A stretch of 64,000 bases of DNA from Fistulifera solaris (lineage: Eukaryota): NCBI GenBank assembly GCA_030295235.1, contig AP026152.1, forward strand, positions 496,001 to 560,000. Reading direction: 5' to 3'. A model generated the notes under the pieces. The model ran no database searches and was not told the origin of the DNA. It was given only the letters and a program-made list of their open reading frames with translations. Within the stretch, counting starts at the first letter, position 1. Every line of letters begins with the position of its first letter. This document shows, one piece after another, positions 12,694-23,754 of the stretch. The translations under genes were made by a program, and so were the position numbers.

Positions 12694-14433
12694 TTAAATA
12701 TTGTCTTCACGACGCAATCCAGGAATGCTCCTTGACTTGGATGTCAATGAACTGTTTCTTGTCGACTTCGAATCGGAACTTTTCTTACTCCTCGACGACC
12801 CAGTGGAAGCGTCGGATTCTGACGGACCTTCTCTGTCAGAGTAATGATCAGGTAATACTAGAGCAAGGTCATCTAATTGCTGATCCTGCCAACGACGTCT
12901 CTGCTCCGCGTAGTCATCATCTCCAGCAGTTGATCCTACGTCATGACTCGTTGCGCTAACCGACCATACTGGGCTGGCCGGAGCCGTAGGAAGTTTGGGT
13001 TTTGATTCCAGTATCTGCCTAGGAATGTGAGCAAAGAGCTCGAACTCTGGATATTCTTTACTCAGTTCCGATCTTTCTTGATCAAGACAAGTCAAGGCAC
13101 CAGAAGCAACCAGACCATCTTCCAGACGGCCGACGCTTTCGTCATCTGTGTCATCATCAATAACAAAATTCGATTCGCGTGGCTTTGCACCAAGTCTATT
13201 AACGTGCAAGAAAGGCTGATGGGACCGAACAAAGTTGCTACCAAAGCTTTTGTCGCTGTACGAAAATCCATCCAGTGAACTTGTCTCCATTTGTCGTGCC
13301 TGTTCTTCCTCTCGTTTTCGTCGAAGATGCAGTGCGGCGGGCTTAATGCCACCCGACACAGTCGACGATACTGAGCTATCAGAGTACGAAGAGGAGCTCT
13401 TGGAGCCAGAAAGCGAACCCAACACCGTCTTGATGTTCTTTCGGAGCTCACGCCTTGAGATCAGTACAACGGCCACGAGAGCGAAAAACATGATAGCTCC
13501 ACTGGCCAACGCAGCGTAAAGAACAGTGTTGTTACCAGACTTCTTGCCATTCGAAGAGCTTACAGCAGGTTGATACTTATCGCCTGTCTCACTCCGAGGT
13601 ATATCTTCGGGCAAACTGGTGAAAAGTTGAGCATCTTTGATCTTGAGACCCTTGGCGCTCAAACGCCGTTTCAATCGTGTCAAATGAGTTCCCGAAAAGA
13701 ATCGTTCGACCAGTTTCGTTGCTTTATTGCTCGAAAACTGGGCGATTTCATCCATATCGTAGCTGGTTACGTAAAAGTCAACGTCCACATCGAAGTACAT
13801 GGTCATGAGGGGATGTCCGTCTACCGACGTCAGGTGATCGTATTCATGATAGAAAATGAGGGATAACTCAAAGCTGTCCAAGATATCTCCTCCGTACGTA
13901 TTCATATAAGTTCTCATGAGAGATTCTGTGGCTTGGAATATAATTTGCTCCGATTGGAGAGGATCAAAATCACCTTTCAGTTGAATCGTTCTCGGTGCTG
14001 CGGCAACCGTAGCCTTTTGTAGAGTCGGTCGGTCGACCACCAGGACCTCCTCCTCGTCTTCTTCTTCGTCCGCTATGGCGGAAAGCGTCGTGTATGCAGT
14101 AGGACTCGGAGTGGGTCTCGATGTGGGAGACGATTTGGGAGATTTGGACTCTCCTTTCTTTCTCGCTTCGCTGGCGACAGTGGGGGATGGCGTGCCACTG
14201 TCCGAACTTCGTTTCCCCACGGGTTCGAAACCGGAACCAGTCCAAGCACTGCTCGTGACCTCATCGCCTACAAATATAGAAGAAAATGACTTTTTTCGCT
14301 TGGTGCGATGCCCGGAGGTTGTTGACGACACCCCTTGATGGAACACTCCGTGTTGTTGTTGCGCGTTCGTGGTCACCCAAGTCGCCGCAAATAGTACGCC
14401 GAACCACCAAACGGAATGAAGAACGGATTTCAT
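12694..14433 (-). CDS. Type I membrane protein: signal peptide, SPT-rich linker, luminal domain, single TM, Ser/Asp-rich tail
   Basis: Intact 579-aa ORF; TM VLYAALASGAIMFFALVAVVLI followed by RR. Confidence 0.75.
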   Translation of the reverse strand: MKSVLHSVWWFGVLFAATWVTTNAQQQHGVFHQGVSSTTSGHRTKRKKSFSSIFVGDEVTSSAWTGSGFEPVGKRSSDSGTPSPTVASEARKKGESKSPKSSPTSRPTPSPTAYTTLSAIADEEEDEEEVLVVDRPTLQKATVAAAPRTIQLKGDFDPLQSEQIIFQATESLMRTYMNTYGGDILDSFELSLIFYHEYDHLTSVDGHPLMTMYFDVDVDFYVTSYDMDEIAQFSSNKATKLVERFFSGTHLTRLKRRLSAKGLKIKDAQLFTSLPEDIPRSETGDKYQPAVSSSNGKKSGNNTVLYAALASGAIMFFALVAVVLISRRELRKNIKTVLGSLSGSKSSSSYSDSSVSSTVSGGIKPAALHLRRKREEEQARQMETSSLDGFSYSDKSFGSNFVRSHQPFLHVNRLGAKPRESNFVIDDDTDDESVGRLEDGLVASGALTCLDQERSELSKEYPEFELFAHIPRQILESKPKLPTAPASPVWSVSATSHDVGSTAGDDDYAEQRRRWQDQQLDDLALVLPDHYSDREGPSESDASTGSSRSKKSSDSKSTRNSSLTSKSRSIPGLRREDNI

Positions 14434-14938
14434 AGTCTATCTATACTGGTTTTGCTGACTTTCTTTTGGTTGCCTGCTTATGCATTGATTCGTTTCAAAT
14501 GGATGGGTTGTTGTGTTTTGGTGAAATGGAATGGATGGTTGTTTCCAAAAAGTGAGCGCGTTGACCGTTGGCCGTTGAGAAGTGGAGGAGTGCGCACACC
14601 GATTGGAGGGAGAACCCGGTCTACTATAAAGTTGATACATCAAAACAAGTTAGAAAACGCGGTACGACCATCATTAATACTGAGCACCGCATACTACACA
14701 AACCGTTTTTAGAACCGCGAACACCAGAGAACATGAAAAAATGGCGCGAAAAAAATGGGCTCGAGCAGAAAGAAAGAAAATGAGCATCATCATTCTTCAT
14801 TTTCGACGATGACAAAACCGTGTGCGGTCGACCAATAACACCCCTGACGCCTCTGCGCTCATTACAAGCCGTCTATTGTTGTTCTACTGTATTTGATTCA
14901 GTGACATTACGCCAATATAATACTGCTCACCATTTGTC

Positions 14939-16384
14939 ATGACGTCTTCTCTGCAAAGTAGCCAGCATGATGAACATGCCAACACCGAAGGCAAACAAAA
15001 TAATGAAGAAAGTTTACGTTCCCTGTCTCCATTGGAAATGTGGAATTTGATATTTTCGCTACTCGCATGGGCCTGTACCGTATCCAATGTCACATTAGGT
15101 AAGTGCTCGTTCTGTCACATTCCTGGTGGAGACCCATCCTCATCACGTTTTGTTGATAGTTGTCGGATCGAGTGGCGTCGTTGTATTATCCATCGGCGGT
15201 GATGATAGTGCATCATCCTTACCACTGGGTGGTTTTGTGATTGGAAGTGCGGCCGTCAGTCTAGCGATCACTCCATGGCTGTTTCGTTTGTGCACCCGAC
15301 GCACGAGTTTTTGACGGGTCTGGGTCTGGGATTTGTGGGAACGATCATCTGTTGTATCTCCATTGTGATCGAGTCACTCGCTATGCTGGTGATAGGAAAC
15401 TTTTTCTTTGGAATGGCCACGGGTGTCGGCTTTTATTGGCGATTCACTGCAGTGGAATTGGTGCCGCCGCATTGGGCGGCTCGTGCTGTTACTTTGGTAG
15501 TATCGGGCGGATGTTTGGCGGCCTTTGCTGGACCCGAATCCGCACAAGCCACCAAGGACATGTTCAGTGATGATCTGGAATATATGGGTGTATTTGTCAT
15601 GACCGCTGTGTTTGGCGTGCTCAATTTTCTCTTCACAATGTTGGTTCAGTTTCCAGAAAGTACAAACCCGAAATCCAACGCCATAGAATCCAGTCATTCG
15701 AACGAAACGAATCAAGGACCTGCACTCACGTCCATTCTTTACTCCAGTGACTTTCTCCTACCCATGATTATATCAGGGTTAGCTTGGTCCATCATGGCCG
15801 TGCCCATGAGCGTCGTGCGAGTGGCCATGCATCAAGTCGGCTATTCGGTCCGGCAGTCACTCACCGTCATTGAAATTCATTTCTTGGGCATGTATAGTCC
15901 TGGTTTTGTGGCAGGACCACTGATCAAACAATATGGACCAAAGAAGGTCTGTGCGATGGGTGGAGTCCTTTTCGCCGTTTCCGTGATTTGCATGCTGTTT
16001 GCAGAATCCGAACCAGAGGGGAATATGGGACTCTGGTTGGTGGGTCTGTTCGTAGTTGGTGCCGGATGGAACTTTGCATTTACGGGTGCGACGGTATGGA
16101 CGGCCAATTTGTATCGTAAGTCGCCGATCCACAAGGAGAAAGTGCAGGCGGCAAACGACTGTTTAATGTTTCTATTTTCGGGTGCATGGATTTTTGCTTC
16201 GAGCTACATCTTTGAGGCTGGTGGAAGCCAGTTGGATGGATGGAAGACAATGAACTATGTTGTTGTCGGAATGCTTGTCGTATTTTTCTTTGTGACGGGA
16301 GTTGGGTTGCATCTAGATATCGCTGCTAGTAGACAAGCTGAGGAGATCGCTAGTACTGCCAAAAATGGTACGGAAGAAGCATAA
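14939..16384 (+). CDS. Major facilitator superfamily transporter
   Basis: About 12 hydrophobic segments; YWRFTAVE, AAFAGPE, HFLGMYSPG, GAGWNFAF. Intron 15099-15159; frameshift ~15290. Confidence 0.85.
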
Positions 16385-16461
16385 ACGCATAACCAACAAA
16401 GATAGTGAAGCGTTTCTATAAAATGGCGCTAAAAATCTCTACTTAATTTTGTGACATCCGT

Positions 16462-17700
16462 TTACCGTGGCGGTTTCTTGCTCCACATCCAAGCAAAGCT
16501 TTCCGGTCCAAGAAAGGCGTTCGCCAAACAAGCCGATACGATCAATGCACCTCCTAATGCATCGGACGGCGAAAGTGATTGACCTAGAAACACAGCAGCA
16601 AAAAGAGCGGCCCAGAGAGGCTCAGATGCCAATATGACCGAAGCTTCTGACGGATTGATTCGGCCCAGTGCCATAAGTTCCACCCAAAAGGTCAGTGAAG
16701 TCGATATAAGTCCAGTCCAGACAATAGCACCTGCTACCAAAGCCATGTCAGGATTCAACAACAAACCAGGCAACGCTAAGGTGTTCTGCCAGTCGGGATT
16801 TGTAAACATCCATCCATCCGCCAGTGACCATAGCATGCTCACAAACGACGTCGTGGCCACCAAGGTCGCCGTAACAGGAAGAGCTTGATCCGGCTCTTTC
16901 GCCAGCATCCGCGAAGTCCAAAACACCCCTGTCCCAAATCCCACTGCTTGTAACAAGGCCAATACATCACCTGCAGTGATACTGAACGACGCATTCTGCA
17001 ATGTATCGGCGGTGAGTTCGAGTGAAGCGACCCCCGCCATACACAAAATGGCGGCTAGCCAGGTTTGCGGAGATTCCTTGAGACCCATGGGCTTTTTGTC
17101 TATCCACAGTTCCAACAATGGACACCAAAGGACTGTAGCCGAACCCAGAAAAGACACACGAGCCGGATCGATTTCAACCAACGCCAACGACTGGGTAATG
17201 TAGCCCGCGGCCGTGAAACAGCCGCACAGGACGGCAGGTATCCGCAAGGACGGTGTGAGACGAGGAACAAAGGGCGAAAGTGCCAAGGCCGCTAATACCA
17301 TTCGTCCCGTCGTGGCGGCCGAAGCGGGTAACTGTTCGTTCATAATGGATCCCAAAGGAAAATTTGTCGCGTACGAAGCTGCCAGGAGTGCGAGGATGAT
17401 GCGAGGACCCAAATAGGTCGAGAGAATCGTTTCCCAGAGTGAATTGTCAGGATTGGCGTCGTGCTTCGGTGTCTCCATATTTCTCAATGTAGAAGATAAT
17501 TGAGATTGACGATTGTAGAACATTAAATTCTCGTCTACGCCATATTGTTTTCGTTTGCGAGGGAACGGCAGAGTAGAGCGAAAGATCGGCAACGGAGTAA
17601 TTCTAGACTGATGATCTATGATGAAAGCTTCGCTCGGCGTACCCCACCAAAGCGCTGTAAGGATCACACTGTATGGAATAAGACTGGTTATCATCGTCAT
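16462..17700 (-). CDS. EamA/DMT superfamily transporter, probably plastid-targeted
   Basis: Two 5-TM halves; GDVLALLQAVGFG, ASVILASEPLWAALFA. Presequence SEA-FII. Confidence 0.85.
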   Translation of the reverse strand: MTMITSLIPYSVILTALWWGTPSEAFIIDHQSRITPLPIFRSTLPFPRKRKQYGVDENLMFYNRQSQLSSTLRNMETPKHDANPDNSLWETILSTYLGPRIILALLAASYATNFPLGSIMNEQLPASAATTGRMVLAALALSPFVPRLTPSLRIPAVLCGCFTAAGYITQSLALVEIDPARVSFLGSATVLWCPLLELWIDKKPMGLKESPQTWLAAILCMAGVASLELTADTLQNASFSITAGDVLALLQAVGFGTGVFWTSRMLAKEPDQALPVTATLVATTSFVSMLWSLADGWMFTNPDWQNTLALPGLLLNPDMALVAGAIVWTGLISTSLTFWVELMALGRINPSEASVILASEPLWAALFAAVFLGQSLSPSDALGGALIVSACLANAFLGPESFAWMWSKKPPR

Positions 17701-17916
17701 GGTAGAAAAGAACTTGTTTTCAGCAGTTTGGTTTTTATGAGAGTGCCATGAAGCTTTGCATTGCGAAAGCGAAGGTCTTCGAACTTCGGGTGGGTGCTTG
17801 ATGGCGACGAGGGTATCTTTTGGCTATTAATTATCGGACATTGGAAGTACTATATCTCAAATAGTACACGGGATACCGAACCGATCTACATTCGATCCAA
17901 GACTCCTCCTCCTCCT

Positions 17917-20900
17917 AAATTCTGTGTTGGTCCAGAAATTCTGGACCAGTCCTTTCGATCCTACCGAAATGCTGGGCATGTTCCAGAAAATCTGGACACC
18001 GTGTTTTGGATCATAACAAAAATGTGCACATTCCAAAAATTCTGGAAACTTTGCTTTGGATCGTAACGAAGGCAACTGCAAATTCCAGAAATTTTGGAAA
18101 TGTTAGTCCGAATTGTTACTGATCATACAGAAATTCTGTGATGGTCCAGAAATTCTGGACCAGTCCTTTCGATCCTACCGAAATGCTGTGCATTGTTCCA
18201 GAACTTCTGGACACCGTGTTTTGGATCAATGCGAAAGAGAATGCGCGTTCCAGAAATTCTGGAAAAGTTGTTTTGGATCACAACGAAAGAGACTGGGCGT
18301 TCCAGAAATTCTGGAAATGTAATTTCGCACAATTTCTGATCACACAGGAATTCTGTGATGGTCCAGAAATTCTGGACCAGTCCTTTCGATCCTACCGAAA
18401 TGCTGTGCATTGTTCCAGAACTTCTGGACACCGTGTTTTGGATCAATGCGAAAGAGAATGCGCGTTCCAGAAATTCTGGAAAAGTTGTTTTGGATCACAA
18501 CGAAAGAGACTGGGCGTTCCAGAAATTCTGGAAATGTAATTTCGCACAATTTCTGATCACACAGGAATTCTGTGGTGGTCCAGAAATTCTGGACCAGTCC
18601 TTTCGATCCTACCGAAATGCTGTGCATTGTTCCAGAACTTCTGGACACCGTGTTTTGGATCAATGCGAAAGAGAATGCGCGTTCCAGAAATTCTGGAAAA
18701 GTTGTTTTGGATCACAACGAAAGAGACTGGGCGTTCCAGAAATTCTGGAAAAGTAATGTCGCACAATTTTCTGATCACACAGGAATTCTGTGGTGGTCCA
18801 GAAATTCTGGACCAGTCCTTTCGATCCTACCGAAATGCTGTGCATTGTTCCAGAACTTCTGGACACCGTGTTTTGGATCATAACGAAAAATGTGCACATT
18901 CCAAAAATTCTGGAAACTTTGCTTTGGATCGTAACGAAGGCAACTGCAAATTCCAGAAATTCTGGAAATGTTAGTCCGAATTATTACTGATCATACTGAA
19001 ATTCTGTGATGGTCCAGAAATTCTGGACCAGTCCTTTCGATCCTACCGAAATGCTGTGCATTGTTCCAGAACTTCTGGACACCGTATTTTGGATCAATGC
19101 GAAAGAGAATGCGCGTTCCAGAAATTCTGGAAAAGTTGTTTTGGATCACAACGAAAGAGACTGGGCGTTCCAGAAATTCTGGAAATGTAATTTCGCACAA
19201 TTTTCTGATCACACAGGAATTCTGTGGTGGTCCAGAAATTCTGGACCAGTCCTTTCGATCCTACCGAAATGCTGTGCATTGTTCCAGAACTTCTGGACAC
19301 CGTGTTTTGGATCAATGCGAAAGAGAATGCGCGTTCCAGAAATTCTGGAAAAGTTGTTTTGGATCACAACGAAAGAGACTGGGCGTTCCAGAAATTCTGG
19401 AAAAGTAATGTCGCACAATTTTCTGATCACACAGGAATTCTGTGGTGGTCCAGAAATTCTGGACCAGTCCTTTCGATCCTACCGAAATGCTGTGCATTGT
19501 TCCAGAACTTCTGGACACCGTGTTTTGGATCAATGCGAAAGAGAATGCGCGTTCCAGAAATTCTGGAAAAGTTGTTTTGGATCACAACGAAAGAGACTGG
19601 GCGTTCCAGAAATTCTGGAAAAGTAATGTCGCACAATTTTCTGATCACACAGGAATTCTGTGGTGGTCCAGATATTCTGGACCAGTCCTTTCGATCCTAC
19701 CGAAATGCTGTGCATTGTTCCAGAAAATCTGGACACCGTGTTTTGGATCATAACGAAAAATGTGCACATTCCAAAAATTCTGGAAACTTTGCTTTGGATC
19801 GTAACGAAGGCAACTGCAAATTCCAGAAATTCTGGAAATGTTAGTCCGAATTATTACTGATCATACAGAAATTCTGTGATGGTCCAGAAATTCTGGACCA
19901 GTCCTTTCGATCCTACCGAAATGCTGTGCATTGTTCCAGAACTTCTGGACACCGTGTTTTGGATCAATGCGAAAGAGAATGCGCGTTCCAGAAATTCTGG
20001 AAAAGTTGTTTTGGATCACAACGAAAGAGACTGGGCGTTCCAGAAATTCTGGAAATGTAATTTCGCACAATTTTCTGATCACACAGGAATTCTGTGGTGG
20101 TCCAGAAATTCTGTGGTGGTCCAGAAATTCTGGACCAGTCCTTTCGATCCTACCGAAATGCTGTGCATTGTTCCAGAACTTCTGGACACCGTGTTTTGGA
20201 TCAATGCGAAAGAGAATGCGCGTTCCAGAAATTCTGGAAAAGTTGTTTTGGATCACAACGAAAGAGACTGGGCGTTCCAGAAATTCTGGAAATGTAATGT
20301 CGCACAATTTTCTGATCACACAGGAATTCTGTGGTGGTCCAGATATTCTGGACCAGTCCTTTCGATCCTACCGAAATGCTGTGCATTGTTCCAGAAAATC
20401 TGGACACCGTGTTTTGGATCATAACGAAAAATGTGCACATTCCAAAAATTCTGGAAACTTTGCTTTGGATCGTAACGAAGGCAACTGCAAATTCCAGAAA
20501 TTCTGGAAATGTTAGTCCGAATTATTACTGATCATACAGAAATTCTGTGATGGTCCAGAAATTCTGGACCAGTCCTTTCGATCCTACCGAAATGCTGTGC
20601 ATTGTTCCAGAACTTCTGGACACCGTGTTTTGGATCAATGCGAAAGAGAATGCGCGTTCCAGAAATTCTGGAAAAGTTGTTTTGGATCACAACGAAAGAG
20701 ACTGGGCGTTCCAGAAATTCTGGAAATGTAATTTCGCACAATTTCTGATCACACAGGAATTCTGTGGTGGTCCAGAAATTCTGGACCAGTCCTTTCGATC
20801 CTACCGAAATGCTGTGCATTGTTCCAGAACTTCTGGACACCGTGTTTTGGATCAATGCGAAAGAGAATGCGCGTTCCAGAAATTCTGGAAAAGTTGTTTT

Positions 20901-21290
20901 GGATCACAACGAAAGAGACTGGGCGTTCCAGAAATTCTGGAAAAGTAATGTCGCACAATTTTCTGATCACACAGGAATTCTGTGGTGGTCCAGAAATTCT
21001 GGACCAGTCCTTTCGATCCTACCGAAATGCTGTGCATTGTTCCAGAACTTCTGGACACCGTGTTTTGGATCAATGCGAAAGAGAATGCGCGTTCCAGAAA
21101 TTCTGGAAAAGTTGTTTTGGATCACAACGAAAGAGACTGGGCGTTCCAGAAATTCTGGAAATGTAATTTCGCACAATTTTCTGATCACACAGAAATTCTG
21201 TGATGGTCCAGAAATTCTGGACCAGTCCTTTCGATCCTACCGAAATGCTGTGCATTGTTCCAGAACTTCTGGACACCGTGTTTTGGATCT
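17917..21290. repeat. Higher-order tandem satellite: ~15.5 monomers of ~217 bp built from 52-bp palindrome-bearing subunits
   Basis: Palindromes at 18145, 18197, 18249, 18301, 18362 (52+52+52+61=217). Type A monomers start ~18123, 18340, 18557, 18991, 19209, 19427, 19861, ~20098, 20532, 20749, 20967; type B at ~17917, 18775, 19645, 20316. Confidence 0.98.
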
Positions 21291-21528
21291 AACAAAAAAT
21301 GTTCCTTGGTCGAAACGGCCACCACTTTGTGTCGTATAGGTATAACTGTACTTCGTAGACTGCCAGTATGAATGAGACTGTTGTTTTTTATGTGTTGTCT
21401 CTTTTCTAACCGGTAATAACGACGAAAACAAAAAATGACGACGATAACGATTAACGATCAACGCAATGAAAAAAATAATCGAGCCGTGCATAATCATTAA
21501 CGAGTCAATAATCAAGTGACTTCGAACC

Positions 21529-21896
21529 ATGGGATTCTCCTAGTAAGTAATAAAGCAGATATTGCGGAAATTTTGTTGCGAATGACTTCAACTAACACTT
21601 GTCTTATATAAACAACACAGTCTGTTAGATCCACAAAATCGCGAAGTCGGTCAAAACTCGGCATCGCTACGCTCCTTATGTTTACTTTACCGATAATAAC
21701 GTACTATGTCAGTGAGCGCTACTTTGCCGACAAGCAGCATCCCGATAATTGGGCCGCACTTTCGGCCATCATCATGACCAACCTGATTGTAGGAGGATAT
21801 TGTTACGCGGCCTATGTCGAAGATGCCGAGGAAAAAGCCGCGGAAGAGAAGGGTGTACCACCGCGTGTTGGAATATACAAAGAACGCACCGATTGA
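21529..21896 (+). CDS. VMA21-like V-ATPase assembly factor
   Basis: Two-TM small protein MFTLPIITYY...AALSAIIMTNLIVGGYCYAAYVED. Probable short first exon and intron ~21543-21620; start uncertain. Confidence 0.7.
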
Positions 21897-22085
21897 CATG
21901 ACAGAAAAACAACAATTTGCGCCATTCTACTACCGCACATATAGATTGGCTTGTCTTACACGAATGGTATTACGTAGAAAACCACCCCACGGGCATCCGC
22001 CATTTCCAGGATTGATACACGACGATTCTGGCGTTTCATTAATACAACTTTATTACTTCTTAAACACAATCTTTTCAATACACAA

Positions 22086-23101
22086 TTACTGCGCCGCCTC
22101 AGGATCATATTGGACCATTCGCATAGTTTTGATGGCCACATAATGTTGCATGCGCTTGTAGCTTCCTTCTTGTACGGCCGATTTGTGGATGCGATCGGCT
22201 ACGGCAAACCCTTGGACGACTTTGGCAAAACAGGGATCGGCCTCGGTGGGATCTTCGTAACTTCCTTGTCCGCCCGGTCCGTGATTGCGCGTATTGTCCT
22301 GCATGCTAATGTAGAAATCGGGTCCACCCGGTCGTCCGGCGTACCCTAATGTGTATTTGACGTGCGGATACTTTTCGGAATACTCTTGAAACAACACACT
22401 CTCCACTCCGCTTTCTTTGAAATGCTTGACCAAGCCCGCATTGGGTGGGGTCAAAAGTTTGGCGCTGGGCCTCCTTGTATGACGTGACCGGCATTGCGAT
22501 GAAACGAGCATCCATCATACAGTCGACGATCGACTTGATCTAAGAACCACAGTACAGTGTGGGGCATGTCTTCTTCGGAAGCGAGCTCGATCGTAATATG
22601 GTCCGTGTCGGGGCCATCTCCGTAAATATTCGAGCTGGGATCGAACGCGACTTCAATGTCCACGTAATGAGGTCCTGCGCCGTACTTGGCCAATAGCCTT
22701 TCTTTGGACCATTTTGCAAATTGTCCTTCATTTTTTGTTTGAATTTGAGTAAATTGTCAATGCGCTTCTGCATCGCCTCGGTCGATGGCGTATTTCCAGC
22801 GACGACCGGCGCTTGGAGCTTTCGTTCCAGGTTTGCCTTTTCTTCCGATAAGGCCATGAGTCTGCTGTTGAGACTCGAAAGTTGGTTCTCTGCCGTAGAA
22901 TCATTGGAAAGATAATAGTACACTCCACCGCCTCCCAAAGCCGCCGAGCCCGCCAAGGCTACCAGCAAAGAAGCGTGGCTCCGGCGGCACTGGAGGTTCC
23001 CCGTCGCTTCTTCTTTTCCGACGACGCAGGGGGAGCGATAAATCTCGGGCAGGAGATTTATTACTGCTGCTACGGTGCTTGAGACGATCGGTTGTTTCCA
23101 T
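22086..23101 (-). CDS. Membrane-anchored cyclophilin-like (PPIase fold) protein
   Basis: MPHTV..FLDQV..LYDGCSFHRNAGHVIQGG, FQEYS..PH..YTLGYAGRPGGPDFYI, DPCFAKVV. N-terminal TM and coiled coil; several frameshifts. Confidence 0.75.
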
Positions 23102-23754
23102 TCTTCTTCAATAATTTCCAGGTAATGAAACAAAAATGACTGTTTTCGCGGCACAAGGCACGAAGACTTTTTTCGTTCACTTCAGATGACGTCGCCTCAA
23201 TAACACTATAGGCCTAAGTGTATGCGACTATTTTCGAGACTGCTTTTCAGTCATGAGTCTATCATAATATTTGAAACAGCTTGCTATGTGACCGCGGTTT
23301 GTTCAATTTGCCAGCTGGTTTAACTACGGAATGAATCCCCATTAAAGTCACCGTCCTGGCACGGGCAACACAAGTTTCGATTATTCATCATTCATTATTC
23401 ATCAATAAGTCTTTCATCTCTCACCTCTCACTTATTATCTCGAGTCCGACAAAAACTCGCAGCGGTAAAGTGCCGAAGAAGGCCGTCTCTCCTTCTACCC
23501 GCCACCAAAACTGCAACCAACCAAAATCTTCCAATCCGCGTCTCGCGTATTGCGACGATGACAATGAAGCGTCCGCAAAGTCGGATCGGATTAGTCAATT
23601 AACAATAACAACAAGAGAAGCAACTACGCAATTCTCTGTTATCGCAATTCATTTGATCGGCCATTTGTGGAGTCTCATAGCCTCGACTAAAACGCAGTCG
23701 AGACGAATCGAATAGACTTAAGCTAGCTGGATATTTTTCCAAGTTCGGAAGATC

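Noticed and set aside
17917..21290. CRISPR array (palindromic repeat plus ~37-bp spacers)
   Set aside because: Spacers recur identically, share an internal conserved box, the repeat is only 15 bp, the host is eukaryotic and no cas gene is present.
17761..21339. Numerous 60-206-aa ORFs within the satellite (also 3400-3910)
   Set aside because: Products of a stop-poor repeat; the 52- and 217-bp periods are not multiples of 3 and ORFs occur on both strands.
23160..23750. Box C/D snoRNA upstream of NOP58
   Set aside because: TGATGA occurs on the - strand near 23385, but no suitably placed box D with a terminal stem was found.
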